From contig KZ538048.1 of NCBI GenBank assembly GCA_000934665.2, positions 62,001 through 126,000 of the forward strand: DNA of 64,000 nucleotides, in the 5' to 3' direction. The translations under genes and the position numbers were made by a program. Below, piece by piece: positions 12,371 to 27,333 of this stretch. Numbering within the stretch: position 1 is the stretch's first letter; each line of letters starts with the position of its first letter. The notes beneath the pieces are model-generated. The model had not been told where the DNA came from and did not search any database. It saw only the letters and a list, made by a program, of their open reading frames with translations. This stretch comes from Catajapyx aquilonaris. Lineage: Eukaryota.

Positions 12371-14880
12371 TAGATTGGAGTAGGCCTATATGAGGGTAAA
12401 GTACGACACTTTGAGTTACAAGTGGACGTACTATTCAGAGACGACCTGTGACACACTCAATCTTTTACAGGTTTTGAAAATATATCCCTATAAAACTATC
12501 CGACTATTCTGTGCCACAGTAAAAGTTGCAATTATCCTTCACGCGACAAAAAAAATCGCTTATCGATAGCAAACTAAAATTTAATCATCTTAGTTCAAGC
12601 AATGGGATATATACTGAGGACAAGGAACGTGATCATTAAACTTGGGTCTGGATTAGGTTGCGCAGGGAGACCAACGCTTTCAGTGGATTCAGAGAATTTG
12701 CACATTTTCGGGATCAATGGGCAGGCCTTTGGTGCAGCTCCGTGGTACGCTATATAATCTGTAAAATTTTATCTCTTTGTTGAGATTTTCTCTGTGAAAA
12801 TTACATCAGTGCAGACTGCTGGATGTATTTCAGCGTGGCATCTCCGTTTCGGTACAGAAAATATTTATAAACATAATATACACCGAGCTTGCCTCGGAAC
12901 AATCAATGTAAAATTCAGAAGGAATGTCAACATAAAAATACCGGTATTGAAAGAATTCCTTCTACTGTACTGTCATTCGGACTTAACGTGGGAAGAATGA
13001 GATTAACTATTAAAAAGGGGGGCCTATTATGCCACTAAATGTTCTGCGAGGTGAAAAAACCAGTTATTGGGCTTCCCAAAGGATTAGCGTACAGTATGTA
13101 TCACGGAAAACCAGCCGCTGGCTTTTCCCATTATTACAGCTGATGTCGGCGAGCTAAAACAGTACTTTGCCAATAATTAGCAAAGAAATTGGCGCTCTCC
13201 AGAGTATGTTCCGCAACTCCCTTGGCTTGCCGTCAGTGTTCCGTCTGGCAGACATCTCTATTTTGGATCCTTTGTGCTCGCGCTTGAATTGTTAACACAA
13301 GCTCCGTAGCCTATCATTTATATTTAGGGGAGCCAGGGGTTAATCGCTTTTACCTCATGAAAAATGAATGCTTAATGGGGATAATAAAGTCCCTTTGGGT
13401 TAGGCCCGCGTTCATGGAAACCTCCACTGCTCACTTCCTGGTGATTTCAATTTAGATATCGCAGGCTACACGGCACGACCAAGGAATGTTGCAGCCATCA
13501 TCCTTTCATTGTCTGTTGCTTAGGATATTTGGCGCAGCACATCATCGAATCTCCCCCCACCCATCCCACCCCCACCCCTCTTTCTGGCACCACACCAATA
13601 ACATATCCTAAAAGTCACGTTCGTGCCTTTTGCTGACTTGTAAAACATGTCACGCTTCAAAAATACATGTCCACATTCCTCAACGCATCAGTAAGTCCAA
13701 AGGGCTTACGATGGGTTATTCTGTCCGTCCGTCAAAATATAGAGTTGCCAAGGAAGGAATCAATTCATTGCTAGGGAGTACACGATATGTATAATTACAG
13801 ATTCGTGTTCTGTCTAATTGCTCCAAGACTTTCCTTATGCTTAGGATATTGATTCGCAACTGCAGGCAAACGTCGAGAACATGTATAGGTTTGCTTCCAA
13901 ATGCGGACTGCCGCAGTTTCATCTTTTGGAGTCATGCGGACAAACTGCAAGTCATAAATCGCATGGGCTATATGTACGGATGCGATATCCCCCGCCCTTT
14001 TTGCCCGCACATAATATACTCTTTTTTTGCAAAAAAAAAAAAAAAGAAGAGCAAAAACAATACTTGGAAGAGCACGCAAGAAAGTGTCATCCTAGAGCAA
14101 TGTATGGGTTGGAAATACAATTTAGTTCGGGCAGGCCACAAATCACCCAGACGCACGATTTCACATCAATAACGATCCCTGATGAAGTAAGCACAAAACA
14201 GGTTCACGTACTGTAGCACACACATGTAGGCCTAGATAGCAAATGCACCGCATGCAATCCACTGCAGATTGTGCCTTATAATAGATAGATGGGCGTCCTC
14301 CAATTAATACAATAGTGCCGGGATTGATTAAATAAAGGCTGAAAAGGTTTGATGTATGAGCCTGTATATACGCCGCTATACAATTTGGCCCAGTGTATAT
14401 ATTGAGCGCCCAATAAAGCTCAGTTTACCTGCATTTGCGTTTTGCTAATTGTACGCCGTGGAAGCAACACATGTTGCATGAAATTAAAATTGGGCAAGCG
14501 GCACGTACTGTATATGTGCCAGTCATCAGTAGAGGAGGACATTTTCCAGCCACATTTTTTTTTGGGGGGGGGAGGGGGGGGATCCATGGCCCAACATGGT
14601 GCTGGCCACCCCCTCTGCTAGTTGTAAATCCCAAGCAGGATTGAAAGACTAGGTTGGTCGTTTGATCAAAATCCAATTCTGCCGTCCTTGTTATCGATGT
14701 GTGCGGGATTAATGAAACTGAAACAAACGGCCGCTGTGTTTGTTCTTGTACAGAGGCCTGATGAAATGGCTTAATAGGCCTAACCCAATCATGAAAGTTT
14801 GAATCCGCTCTCGGAGTGTGAATATTGGTCCCATCAGATCCCAATGCTCTTTTTTTAAAAATATTTGAAAATGTATTTTC

Positions 14881-14915
14881 GAGGAGGAGGAGGAGGAGGA
14901 GGAGGGGGGGGGGGG
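14881..14915. repeat. (GAG)n followed by a poly-G tract
   Basis: Direct reading of the sequence. Confidence 0.9.
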
Positions 14916-17900
14916 ATGGAGTTGTCAATGGAATGACGATGAGGTGTTTGGAAGGAGAGTCACATCCTTGAGTCTACACACGCCAGTACACGTTTTATTG
15001 TCATGCTCTCTCCATATCGGCACGTGCTCTTAGCATCAAGCTGGCAAGAGCTGAATACTTTGCTGATGTTGGGCGTTTGTAACAAGGCACACAATGCCAG
15101 CACTATTCAAATGCTAATTCTTATCGCAAGAATGTCGATTGAGGCAGCCCCTGGGAGGTGACACTTGCCAAATTCCGACAAACTTATACATCTTCTAGTG
15201 CAACTGGGCCGTCGACTTCTGAAAACATGGGTCGTCTCGTTACTGCACTATTCAAGAGCCCTCTCTTGTGATTAATCTTTCCTCTTGGTGGAAAATGGGG
15301 CATCATTACAAAGTCGGTTATACCGCAATTCTAGCTGGCGAAAATTTCATATTAGCATTAAATTTCATAGGTTGACAGACCTCTCCTTTTTTTGTATGTG
15401 TATGGAATCCCTGCAGACTCGGGGGAATTACGGGACAATGCCCGTTACCTATCTATTAATTTTGGTGAAAGCTTCCCCATCAGGGACTCAAAGCACTCCA
15501 TTACAGATTTTCCTCGGGATTAACTTCTATAAATCGATTCCATGCTTTATAGCAATAAGTAGGTCATGGCAGCTTTTTTTTACTAACCTTTAGCAGGATC
15601 CTTTATTTTAATAGAGATGGCACCCATAGTCTTGCTGCGGAGATATAAAGTTGAAAGTATAGGCTTAAGACGCTATAAAGCCTCGACAAGTTTCCCCAAT
15701 TGACTCCTACGAAGGCATCTTGCAAGTTTGTTGAAAGTTGGCACCAGAGTTAAAACGCCCTTTTTTTCCTTAGAGTTCACGTGTCACTTGCAACATTCCA
15801 TTTGAAGCCGAAAAGAATTTTACCCCTTTTGTCTCGCGCTACTTACATTATTCCCTTTCATTTCGTTTCTTCTTTTTTTTCTTTTTTTTTTTTAAAAAAA
15901 TAGAGTCTCCTCTTCATAGTTAGGGGCCGAGGCGATATTGAGCCAGAACAAACTTTGGCAGCATAAATGCATATCATCAGAGGCTTATTCCGGAACAAAA
16001 TCGGTTTCCAATAACAATGGGAATCTTAAGCGCACAGACGGAGAATTTGTATCACAAACACATGAGAAAGTTGGAAGAGACGTTTCCATCACTGGAGGAA
16101 ACCAATTTATCTCAGCGTGACAGAGAAATTTTCAACGGACCTGTGGAGTGCACAGCAAGAAAACGGCCGGAAAAAGGGCGCCATGTATAGGGGAAGGCCC
16201 TTTTCTTGCTGGAATCAATAGGTTCGTCACACAGGCCCATACAGGGGGGCTATGAAAGATAGCTCAAGATTTGTAGCATCCAAATCGATAGTGCTGCTGC
16301 TCCTTGCTCAGCTCAAAATCTGGATCGAGGACTAAGGTTAGCTAGTCCAAACTAAAGCTAAAGGCAGCAGCCCAGTAGCGGCCAGGCTCCCTCAAAACCA
16401 CAACTCGAGTGATGGTCGTTCCCAGCTCCTTCCTTCCAATCATTTTCCATAGTGATGGCCGTCCCAGACGAATAGCTTTTCTTACCGAGGCTCATCCATG
16501 CTCAAAATAAGATTTCATCTTGCCTAAGAAGAGCGGAGCGGAACAGTAACCGGAAGAGAGAAATGGATCCACAAGGATTTCGGGCCTATTTTTTTTAGCA
16601 CTCGGACGAATTACGATTTCAATCTTCATAATGTGCCATTTGTAGCAAATGTGTTTCTTTACCATTTTAGGCAGGGTGTAGGGAAGAAGGGGGGGAAAAA
16701 ATTATTCTGTGAGGTGTACCGAATGTAATGTATGCGGACCTGACGTCCTCGTAGTATACACATTTGCAACGGTACCGCACAGTACATCATGGTGGGGATG
16801 GCCTGCAACATCATAGCAAAGCTGCTTCACGCACAGTTTTGGAATAATATTGTAACTTATTGTTGAAACACGGCCGTGATATTGCGGTGGGAGGAAGGGG
16901 GGGGGGGGGGTTCCTACATNCTCAGCTCAGTCGTACTTCCACATTCAAGTAATCCACGAATTTAATCATTTTTTACACCAAGTTCAGTCGTAAATAAAAA
17001 TATATAGGGTAAAGCATACGAAGCTCTTTGATATAGGAAAACGTGGCCTTAGTGTCAGTATTGCATCAGCTCTTTGACACTGCTTTTATCCGGAATTCTG
17101 GCAGGTTGCTATATACATAACTTTGGATCGCCGTTGCTGGGATATCGCACGAATAATATCGGAGAAAAAAACTCGATATAGCAATGCTCAGCTTTATGAT
17201 TCAATAATATGTTTTTCTTTTATGCGCTGAATTCCTGCAATGTAACGGTGGGTCTACCCCATATTGACTGCTTTATTGCCTTTATATTAATAATAATGCT
17301 GTAGTTCATTGTTATACACACATAGGTTTATTAATAACATATAACTCCAAGCCTTAAAGCAGCGAAAGTATATCCAATATTTTATAAGCGTGCTACAGGC
17401 CTGCGGAATATTTTTGGTGTGTGGATATCGCGAAGTTCGGATAATGGTTGTTTGCACTCTACGGAAATTTAAGTCATTATCCATTTTAACGGCTATAGTA
17501 TATGTATAGTAAGTTAAATGAAAGTTATAATTTTTATTTGTGTGCCAATGCACATTGCACATGGAGCAATAAATCATAGTGAAAGTTGCATTGATTTCAG
17601 AGCTTTTTCATCGATTCATCTAGCATTATAGTTGAGTGTGCAGCAATGTAAACAAGCCACAGTAGATGGCAAAATGGCGCACTGTTTGACTCCAAGTGCT
17701 CTCTTTTAATGCGAGCCTCATTGCGAGCTGGAAAACAAACTGGCTGATTGCAGATGCTCCACCCAATTGGTGATATAGGTCTACAGTACATGTGCAAACT
17801 GGAAACGTTTCAAAATGTTGCCTCCCAGACCGACACTTGTGCATTATTCATTGTACCTATTTGAGAGTGACACTTCTATATATAGCATAAGAGTAAATCT

Positions 17901-18519
17901 ACTGTACGCAGCACATACCCTACTGTATACGCAGCACAACCTCGACAGTATAGAGTACAATGCTGAATGAGCAGATAATTGGTACGCAGATATGCCTGGC
18001 GGTTATTGCATAGCAATACATAGACTGTAAAGGCCAGATTCACCTTGGATGCGCGTACAAGTATATAGTCCTGATTATATTTGCCTTGTATGTTGAGTCA
18101 TGCTTGAACCAAATTGTTTCCAGACATAATACAGACTCGAAAGACAATGTACACAGTCTATCACGGAGAGCTCATAATGTAAATGTACACACCCATTGCC
18201 GTATAGGAAAAGCAAATTATGACTGAGTAGAAACATCCAGCGAAAAGCTAGCCTAACTTTGCTGAATTCAATTTTCGCCAAATCAAAGTTGTTATTTGAA
18301 AACATGAACATCAGAGCCCAAAGCCAAATATCAATACTTAAAATAATCGTAAAGTGTTTTACAATTAAAATATACAAAAAGTACAGTGGCAAAGTAGAAA
18401 TATTTTAAAGTAAACGACCATCGGTATTGTAATGTGTTTTTAGGGGGGAGCAGTGACGCGACGATATATATACCAAACTGAATGCGCATGCACGATACGC
18501 CTCATAAGTAATGAGTAAT

Positions 18520-18643
18520 TTTTAAAAGAACATTATGATGTCATTTAGAGGGGGAAGATCAACCAGGTGTGACAGAGTGACAGGGGGAGAGAGGGGTGAA
18601 AAATTGGTTGAAAACACAGTGAGGCGCAATTTGTGATCAGCCC
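18520..18643. mobile_element. Decayed MITE-like fragment; related fragment at ~20690-20800
   Basis: The two loci share a GGGGG.AG.TTCA.CCA.G.GTGAC....GTGACAG.GGG core. Termini are degraded. Confidence 0.35.
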
Positions 18644-20689
18644 ATTCTTGTGGTCTACAGTCGAGGGTCGATAATCTATACTCTCCTATTGAGTGTAGAC
18701 CTTCATACCGGTTTATCTATTACAACTTGTTCCAGTTTGGACTAACATCACCTTGAACATCACCTTTGTTGCCACTGTTAATATGTCATTTGATTAGTAA
18801 TGACAACATTGGTGACAAAGTCTGAACTTGACATTCTCTCTCTCTACAGTACAAAAATACATGTTAAGCGGTATTAAAAACATCATGACCAGTACTTGAT
18901 ATGCATGGAATTGGCAGCAAAGGCAGAGAGGCCAATTGACCAAGTCCAAGTGTTACACTCCCACACATGACATATTGGGGCTATACCTAGTTTGATGATA
19001 ACGAAGGCCTAACAGAGGGGTCTTTATGAATAGTGCAGTAACTTATCTCTGCATGAATTAGGCAACATTGATGACATCGCTTCACCCTGAACCCCTTTTG
19101 GGATAAACAAAAGCTATCCATACCCTCCCAGTCCCGCCCCCAAATAGAAAATTCAGACAATTTATAGTACCCCTGCTGCCCGCGAGCATCATCGTTACCA
19201 TCCTTCCAGAACATGCTCATGCTACAGTACACAGTACATGCTTGAATTAAGGGAGATGCCTACCCTGCAGGGCGTGAAACTTGTAAGTTGATAGGCTGTG
19301 GCTCCTGCGACGGTATATCCGACATCCGTCAGTCCATGTCAGTTGTGCGATATTGTACCATACGCGGAGGTTTACTAAACATGAGGCAAGGTTGCTTTTC
19401 AAGTCACAGTGCTCTCTATAGTTAAGGAAAAGAAATATTTTCTCCTACATTATACAGCCATTTTGGAATAGCCTCTAGCGCCCTCCACCGTATAGAGGCC
19501 GTATTAGTCTGAGAAGTAGAAATTATCTATTGCGGTCAAAATATTATTGCGCGCCATAAAACCGCTAGGATAGCGTACCAAATTTAAATCTAGATTTATG
19601 CTACAGTTCTAATGTTTAAACGAATTAGTCCGCACATTAGTCCTGTTTGTGAGTCTGTCAGCCATGTTGGACCACAATACAAAGCACGGATACAAAGTTT
19701 GGATCGATTCCGGATAATTAAACGGTGTGACTGATTTTTTCACACCAAATTAAATCAGTAAGGTATAAACTAAGCACATTTTATTAAAAATTGTGCGATT
19801 TAAGTTCTGTACACTTTTTAAGTGTTGCCAACAGGTGTCAAGGGCTGTGACTCCTTCTTGACCCCTACACGTGCCGCCTCAGAGCAGCCTCCGTCCCTCC
19901 AAGCCTGGATAAAGCTGAGACACGGTAGGCCTAATGATATTACTCTAGCCCCGCATTGTTATTTTTTTGGCTTAGCTTTTTACCAGCAGTACAACTTCAA
20001 ACGGCAGCGTCGCCTTGGGTCTCTTTGTCTACTGCAGCCCCGTGTTTTTACCGGACATTTGCGTCAGGCGAAAGGCTAGTGGGTATATTACTGTGTCCTC
20101 TTGGGATAGAGCCTGCAAGAAGTGGTGTTGCCTCTATTTATAGCTACAGGGAGCTACAGGGCTATGTGTAGTTGGTGGACAACCCCAGCGGCCGGTAAGG
20201 TCAGAGTGTCTTGCCCGACCTTGCCTGTGAGTAACTTTCCTATAAGCCAATACCAACTAACTTAATAATACTGCAATATGCTACATGTACTATATCTCTC
20301 AAAAACATAGAGATGATTTTGCATTGGATTCCAGTGCAGGTTGCACTTGAGTCAAATGCAAAATCGTCTGTTTTTGAGCGATATAGTACTGTACATAAAT
20401 GGCCTAATTGTTTCAGTCTAATGGGCGGAATTTGACGCACGTGTCTTCCTGGAAATGACTGAGCCCGCTTGAGGGTACACTCATGTAGATTGCACAGGTC
20501 TGGAGCACAACAACCTATTTTCAGCGAAGATATCGCGAAATAAGTAGAGTAAACACATGTTCCTCCATGTAATAGGATATTAATATTAATACATTGTATA
20601 AGAAGTGATATCATCGATATGCATTTATGGGCGCAGTACCGTATTAAATATACAGTATGCAAGCAATAGGAGGGCGGGGTCCTGTAAGG

Positions 20690-20800
20690 CCAGCGTCAGG
20701 TAATTTAAGCGAGGGGGGAGGTTCATCCAAGCGTGACGGGGCGTGACAGAGGGTACGGCCAGAGTACAAATTGTCATTATTTGTGACTCAAATATTTTTT
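20690..20800. mobile_element. Decayed MITE-like fragment of the same family as 18520-18643
   Basis: GGGGGAGGTTCATCCAAGCGTGACGGGGCGTGACAGAGGG resembles GGGGGAAGATCAACCAGGTGTGACAGAGTGACAGGGGG at ~18550. Confidence 0.35.
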
Positions 20801-22978
20801 CCCCCCCTGTCAGATGGAAAGTATTCTAGAAGATTCGGGTATAATTGGCAGAAACAGCTCCCTGGTTGTCAGATCCGTAGAGAGGGAGACATTTCCTCTC
20901 CAAAATTCCATCACGCTGTAATCAATACGAGAAAGGCTGAGGTCCTCTCCATCTGCTATATAGAGTCCGTGGAGAGATAAGGTCTCCTGAACCCCCTCCT
21001 GCTCCTACTAGTAAACCGCTGAAGGATTTTTGCCAGAAATTCCATTAGCGTGTCGGCTGGAAAGGCGTGGCCGGTCCTGCTGGCTGGCTGGCTTGGCTTC
21101 AGAGTTAGCTGGAGAAAGGCCCGAGATAGGGGCACACCTGCTTTTATCTAGCTGGCATGGAGGCATGGCAGCAGAGGCAAGCTAACACAAGTACGGAAGC
21201 ATCGTAGTGCAATGGCATTGCAGGTCTGCTGTCGTTTTCCTCAGCTCATATAAAGCGGAGTCGTCACGCAAACATGGCCACCAGGGTTGGAGGGAAAAGT
21301 CCAGAGGGCGCAAAGGTGCTTCCCGCCGAATTTATTTCAACAGTTTCATCGATGAAACTGTCCCCTGCTCGCTCGGTTATGGCCACGACAGATGTACGGC
21401 CGGACTAGATTAAAAGGTTCGAGGGTGAGGACCCAACTTTCGGCCCATTTCATTAGCTCCGATGTTGTCGCATCTGCTGGGCTTTTCTGCCGAATGAAAG
21501 TGCGGCTGGGAGGGTAGGGTAGCTGGAGGACAGATGACGAATCCTACCCTACCACCCAACCCACCCACCAACTGCGTTTTTACATTTTTGTCAGAGTCTG
21601 GCAGCCGTTAGCATCATGTTGGACATTCAGGATGTAGTGTACACGCACGTGGGTGCTGGACAAGGAGACTGCATTTGCGGATCAGGATGACTTAATTGTG
21701 GCTGCCATCATGACTAATCCGGCCTTCGCTCATAGGAAATCCGGCGTCATGCAATTCATGAGGACGACTGTCATAAATTGAAATAAAATAATGGTGATGT
21801 CTAACATGCGTTCACCTGGCAAAAGCCATGTGGATGCAGTAGTGACGCATCTCTTCTCAGTATGCATACATATGGAACCACTCCCACAGTCTACTGTGCA
21901 GTGTTTATGTGCTTCCAGCCACAATCATCATGTTGGAATTAATGAGGAAAGAAGCCCGTATTAATTCCAACGAATTTTGGAATGTTTCTGCACTGCAGAT
22001 GTAGGCGTGTCCATTTCTGCGGTGTCTGCTGCTGCGTACAAAATGTATGTAGCAGCCAACGTTATTTTCTCCACTTTAGATCGGTTATAATCTAAAAACG
22101 TCGTTAATGGACTTTACGGCTTGTTAATATCACGGTACAAAAGCAGCAGAATGATTCGGTTAGCTTTACGGCGGTTTCTAATTAGCACCCCCTGCACTTT
22201 GAGTCTGGAGATGTGATACATGGACGGCAGCAGCAGCAGAGGCTAGGCGTTTATCCTTGCTAGGCTTGGGAACGTTGCGATCAAAATCTGCAGCTCGCGT
22301 AAATGCGAGAAAATCCCCTGCCGTCAGCGGCAGCCCTGCACCAGCTACTACCATGGCGAGCTTTCTCCATTTACAGGAGGTTAGGTATCTCCGAAATGGA
22401 GGCGAATATGTCGCAGTCAACAGCCATTGTTTCATAGTTGCCCACTTCCCTCCCCAAGGACGGCTTTGAATTTCCACTTCCTCTTTTATGGGCCATTGCG
22501 AAGGGGGGGAGGTGCTACTGGTTTGGGTCGCTTCTTCACCAACGCAATGCTTGCTTACTTGCTTGGTTCAGTCAGGAAGGTCCCGACGTGCACGCTTGTC
22601 CTCTGCTGTTATGGCCAGGTTGGACTCCCTCTGAGAAGTGCCTTAAGCACTACTTCTGAAAACACCTGAGACCCGATTTTCACCGGAGCAAAATAAGTGG
22701 CCATACCACACTTGAAATGCACATTTGAATGATTTCGTCATTCATATGAGCCAAACATGTCACTATAAGCATGCTATGTAATACAAAAATTATTGCAATT
22801 TTGACCAAATATGTGCTCCTGAATTTGCACTGTTCACATATTTTCTCTCTGAAATCGAGCCCACCATATTAAGTCGCCTTAGGAGCCGTGTGTTGCGGAC
22901 TTTAAGCCTAAGCTCGCTTAATTAGGCCATCACTCCCAAGCTTCATTATTTAGCCTGTAAAAAAGGGGCGTTACTTAC

Positions 22979-23088
22979 CATGAAACTGGAACGTTATAAT
23001 AATAATCACGGGTTATTCAATCTGTTGTCTGCGTAATCAGAGCACGATCCAGAAAGCAATTTGAAATTTACGACCCTTTCGCAATATT
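22979..23088 (-). other. Candidate (probably 5'-UTR) exon ending in ATG
   Basis: Long poly-T tract plus AG acceptor at 23090-23089 and a strong donor ATG|GTAAGT at 22978. No recognisable protein is encoded. Confidence 0.3.
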
Positions 23089-24635
23089 CTTTAATGAAAA
23101 AAAAATAAAAAATAACAATAATGCATGGAGGTGACAAGAGAGTCATGCAAAACATCAGAAATGAATTGGGCTGGCTGTCATTTAAGGAACGTTTCGAATC
23201 GATAAACAAGTTTCAAGCCGGGAGACATGTTCTATCAACGTCAATCGAAATTGAAGGCGTATCAATCAACACTCGCGCGTGCATCTTTCAGAACCAATTA
23301 AAAGATACGCCCAGACTGCAGTCAGCCAATGAAAGGAGACAAATGGGAGGAAAAAACGAGCAGAGAAAAAAACGCAAACGAGGGGAGAAAAAAAAAACGC
23401 AAGCGGAACCATCAAACACGTTGTTTTTTTTTCTCCTGCTTCAGCACTTTCGGATACAAGCGGTGGATGTAAAAAAAATAGGCAAAGTAGAAGACCTTTG
23501 TGACTCGTCTTCCAATCCTATTCGTGTGATTCGAGGGGAAAAAAAGAGACACCATAGTAGTAAAAAAAAAAAGAAGCTGTTTCGGCACAGAAAATAATCC
23601 GACCATTTCCTTCACATGGTTTGCCCTCCTTCATGGGAAGAGAATTCCAAAGCACCAGAAGCTGTTATCACTCCTCCACTAATAGCAACAAACACTTTGG
23701 TATCTCTGGTACACATGAGGAATGACATCCTAATTTGGGTTCCTTCTAAATGCGAAGAGTACTGCTTAACAAAATGGGGCAGTTGACTCTGACGTGAATA
23801 GCAAAAGGGTTATTCAGAACTACTTGTAAGTCATTTGCATCTGGTGGAGGAGGGTTGACATTCCCATGTGCAAGTTGCACTTACCGTTAATGCCAGACGC
23901 TGATCATTTCTTCTGGATGACTTTTACGAGCCAGTGTCACAATTGGACCGTCCTGACTTTACTGCCAAAAATTTCGAGTCCATTCGTTGAGTCGACCCCG
24001 GACGAGTCCATTTACTTTGCATGAAGAGGAGGTTATCTTTTCCTAGACGAGGTAGTTAAAGGTCGAATCTGTTGCTGCTTCGCTCTTTTCCTCCATGGTT
24101 TTACGAACAGACCGGGAAAAAGATCCCGATAAAATCGACATTATTTTTCTGGCCCTTGCCATCATTTCGACCATTAATGAGCAAGACTCATTTCCCTACC
24201 CTTACCTCCCAAACCAATGGCGGTAGAGATAGCGTCTGTTGTGTGAATCAAGTGAAAAGGCATCCAGTTAAAATTTCTAAAATAGCCCATTACGTTAATA
24301 CGACTTGCACTTTAGTCCAAGGTATTAGCGTACAATTTGGGTCGCGGGAAACTCAACGTTTCAGCACTGGAGCCGACTAGACTGTAGTTGTTATAGAACG
24401 TCTTGCTTCTACGTAGTAGTATTATCATACCAGCGCCATCCCAACACACTTTGAATATTGAAGCACAAGTGCCCGGACTCGGCTCACAAAGCTATAAAAA
24501 AAACATGCACAAGTTGCGCTAATGTTTATGCAGATGCTTTGCCAACCTCTCGTTGCTTTAATCAGGAGGCCCCCTCCACTTTCATGCGGAGTTTCATACA
24601 CTCGTTACATTCATGTTATGAATCCAACCGATATA

Positions 24636-24657
24636 ACACACACACACACACACACAC
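24636..24657. repeat. (AC)n microsatellite
   Basis: Direct reading of the sequence. Confidence 0.9.
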
Positions 24658-27293
24658 AAAAAAAAAACTAGCTCTCATGCATCACTGCATTGCCCAATCG
24701 AACCCGTAATGCGTATATGGCATTTCATGCCCGTGGGATAACCGACAGCAAATTGCCGCCGGAAAAAGGAGGAAGGGAAAATTAATAATGAAAGGCTAAT
24801 TACTTTGTGGCAAGTCATGATGATTGGGGAGAAGCCCATACGAGTCCCGCCTACAACATCCGCACTTTTTTTTATATACGGGGGGGGGGGATCCGGTTCG
24901 TGAATTTTGCACTGTAGTGTCGCATAAGGTTGCACGACACGACTGTTATTCTACTTTTTTTTTCTCAGCCTTCGTTTTGTTTAGTCGGGTCAATATCACC
25001 ATAGGATCCCGCCTAGAATCTCATGCATAGAAATCAGATTAATAGAGCTGTTTTCGTTCTTACAAGTTTTGGATGCAGGCTTGAGGCTAGGCGGGTAGAA
25101 ATAGCCATGTGATTTACATACAGTGACTCTCAAGATTCACCTGATTGTCCTACAGTACAGAGGACACGTAGACATGGCAACCTGTGGGCAAGAGGACTTT
25201 GTTACCCATTCGCCGCAATGACTGCTCTTGGGAAATCAATACGTCATAGCACGCCAGCGGCTAAATCAATGTCCTAACTAATTGGCGTTGATGGGTTTTG
25301 AGTTAATTTCAATGGCGCTAATTTTCTTACCCAGCAGTTCGATCATGTAATCTCGGGGCAATTTGCTGGCTTTAGCAAGTGCCCAAAGCGTGCAAGCGCT
25401 TGCTGGATAAATACCTAAATGGGCTTATGCCACCTTTTCTATGATAATCCCAGGCACACAAGCAATCTGGGTTGATCTAACATTTTGAGTCAGAGGTCGT
25501 GGCACGTAATGGGTCACACTTGGGTAGAAAATAGACTTGGATTTGTCCCTTGCTTGTAGTCATGTCGCGCACTTTTTTCCTCGCTCCCAGCCCATATAAT
25601 CAGAGTGAAATGAGCTTGCCGAGTTGGAAGGTCCCCCAGCCTTTTTGACTTCATTGGTCGTGACGTAACCAATAGAGATCATGATTCCTTTTACTGCTCA
25701 ATTAGAAAGACATAAAGAGGCAATGCGGGAGGTTACGGTCGACGTGAAATCGTCGGATGCGGCGCTACAGGCAGCCAAAAGGCAAAGGGATTGTCTCAAT
25801 ACCCAGAACCCTGCAGTTCGCCATTCAAGTTTCGACCTGCTACCAAAATGATGACTGTTTTTTTTTTTTCGCACTCCAGGAAAATCATTCCCTTTCCACC
25901 CATTCTGGCCAATCGCCAGGCCGTTTCGCTCAAGCCTTCGACAAACTGCCTGCCACCAGGTGAAACATTTCATTTGACACGAGCAAACGGGGGGAAAAAA
26001 GTGAATTTTGTCGATTTATTTTACTCGTCTTTTTATCTGGCTTTTTAGGAGGTTTTCTAGGAAGAAATGGCAGCAAAGAGACTGTGGGGTGTTGGGTGGG
26101 GTGGAGTTTCCATACGCCTCCAGCCAGCCTCTCATTCTTTCCCTCAGTCTTTGTAGAACGTCTTCCCCCGGAAGAATTTACCCATCCTTTTATGTTAATA
26201 CCAGAAATGCCGCTCCTTAATGCATGTCATTAAGCATTGTCTAATTTTCCTCCTTTGTCCGTTGTTAGTTGCTTGACTTTTGCGCCCCCCCCTCAACTCG
26301 ACTGCTTATATTGTAGTTCCATTATAAAAATGGAGCCGGTAGTCTGCACTTGATAATGTGGAATGTGGAAGGGGACTGGTAAACAAAGCAAAACAAGTCG
26401 GGAATTCCACAGTAGGTATGGCAGGATGGGACAAAAGTGCACCGTTTTGTTCTCAGGAACGAGGAGTGTAGCATCCAAAAAATTTCCGTGTTACAAGCCG
26501 ATTTCCGCTCTGACCACCGGGCAAATGCAGTGCCGTGACCAGGCCACATGCATTTTCATATCCTTCGCGTGCTCCCCGGGGTCAATAGGCGCCAAAGGGA
26601 AACTTTAGTGTATAAAGCTGGTGCATGGTGGAATGGTCCCCTAGAATACTTTGCAGGGCATTATGGCCCAAGTCTGGGGGTAGGAGAAATATGCGGTCCA
26701 ATGGATTCAGAAAGGAGGCGAGTTGACCTCGACTATTGGCGCTTTGAATATTTAGGCCGACCTGTACCGCATCAAAAAAAATGTATTGCCCTGCCCTTTC
26801 AACCCAGGGCATAACTAGAGTATTTGCATTATAGAGTTTACAGCACGGTCAGGGGACGTGGTGTGTGTGCATCAAAGGTAATTCTCCGCAGTGATATTGC
26901 ACGTGCAAATGACACTAAACATTGTTATTGCTTATTACTTTTTTTTTCCACATAGCAGTGCGGGTGTTTGATGGCATAGGTGACTCATCCTGGACAAAAT
27001 TCAGGTGAAACATATCCAAAAAGGTCAGGATGAGAAGAAAGCAAATTGTTGCGGTCAGAGTCGTGTCCGGAACTAATGTGGACGCCCCCAGAAGGCTGGA
27101 AGGCCAGTTGATCATCACCGCAAGTACGTGTGGGTATGGATATAGCTCCGGTGACTCATGGACCAAAATGCCCGTCGGGACTTAAATTCCCGGCCGGTGG
27201 CTGCAGGCAAAGCCATTAGTCGACTGCTTTTTTATAGTTCTTTTTTAAAGCCCGCCTCGAGTAGTTTTCCCTAGGTATTTTTACGTGCATAAA

Positions 27294-27333
27294 CCCCCCC
27301 CCCCCCCCCCCNNNNNNNNCCCCCCCCCCCCCC
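27294..27333. repeat. Poly-C tract containing an N gap
   Basis: Direct reading. The N run indicates sequencing or assembly difficulty. Confidence 0.9.

Noticed and set aside
21932..21972. 12-bp stem hairpin GTTGGAATTAAT...ATTAATTCCAAC
   Set aside because: Too short for a pre-miRNA and no other support.
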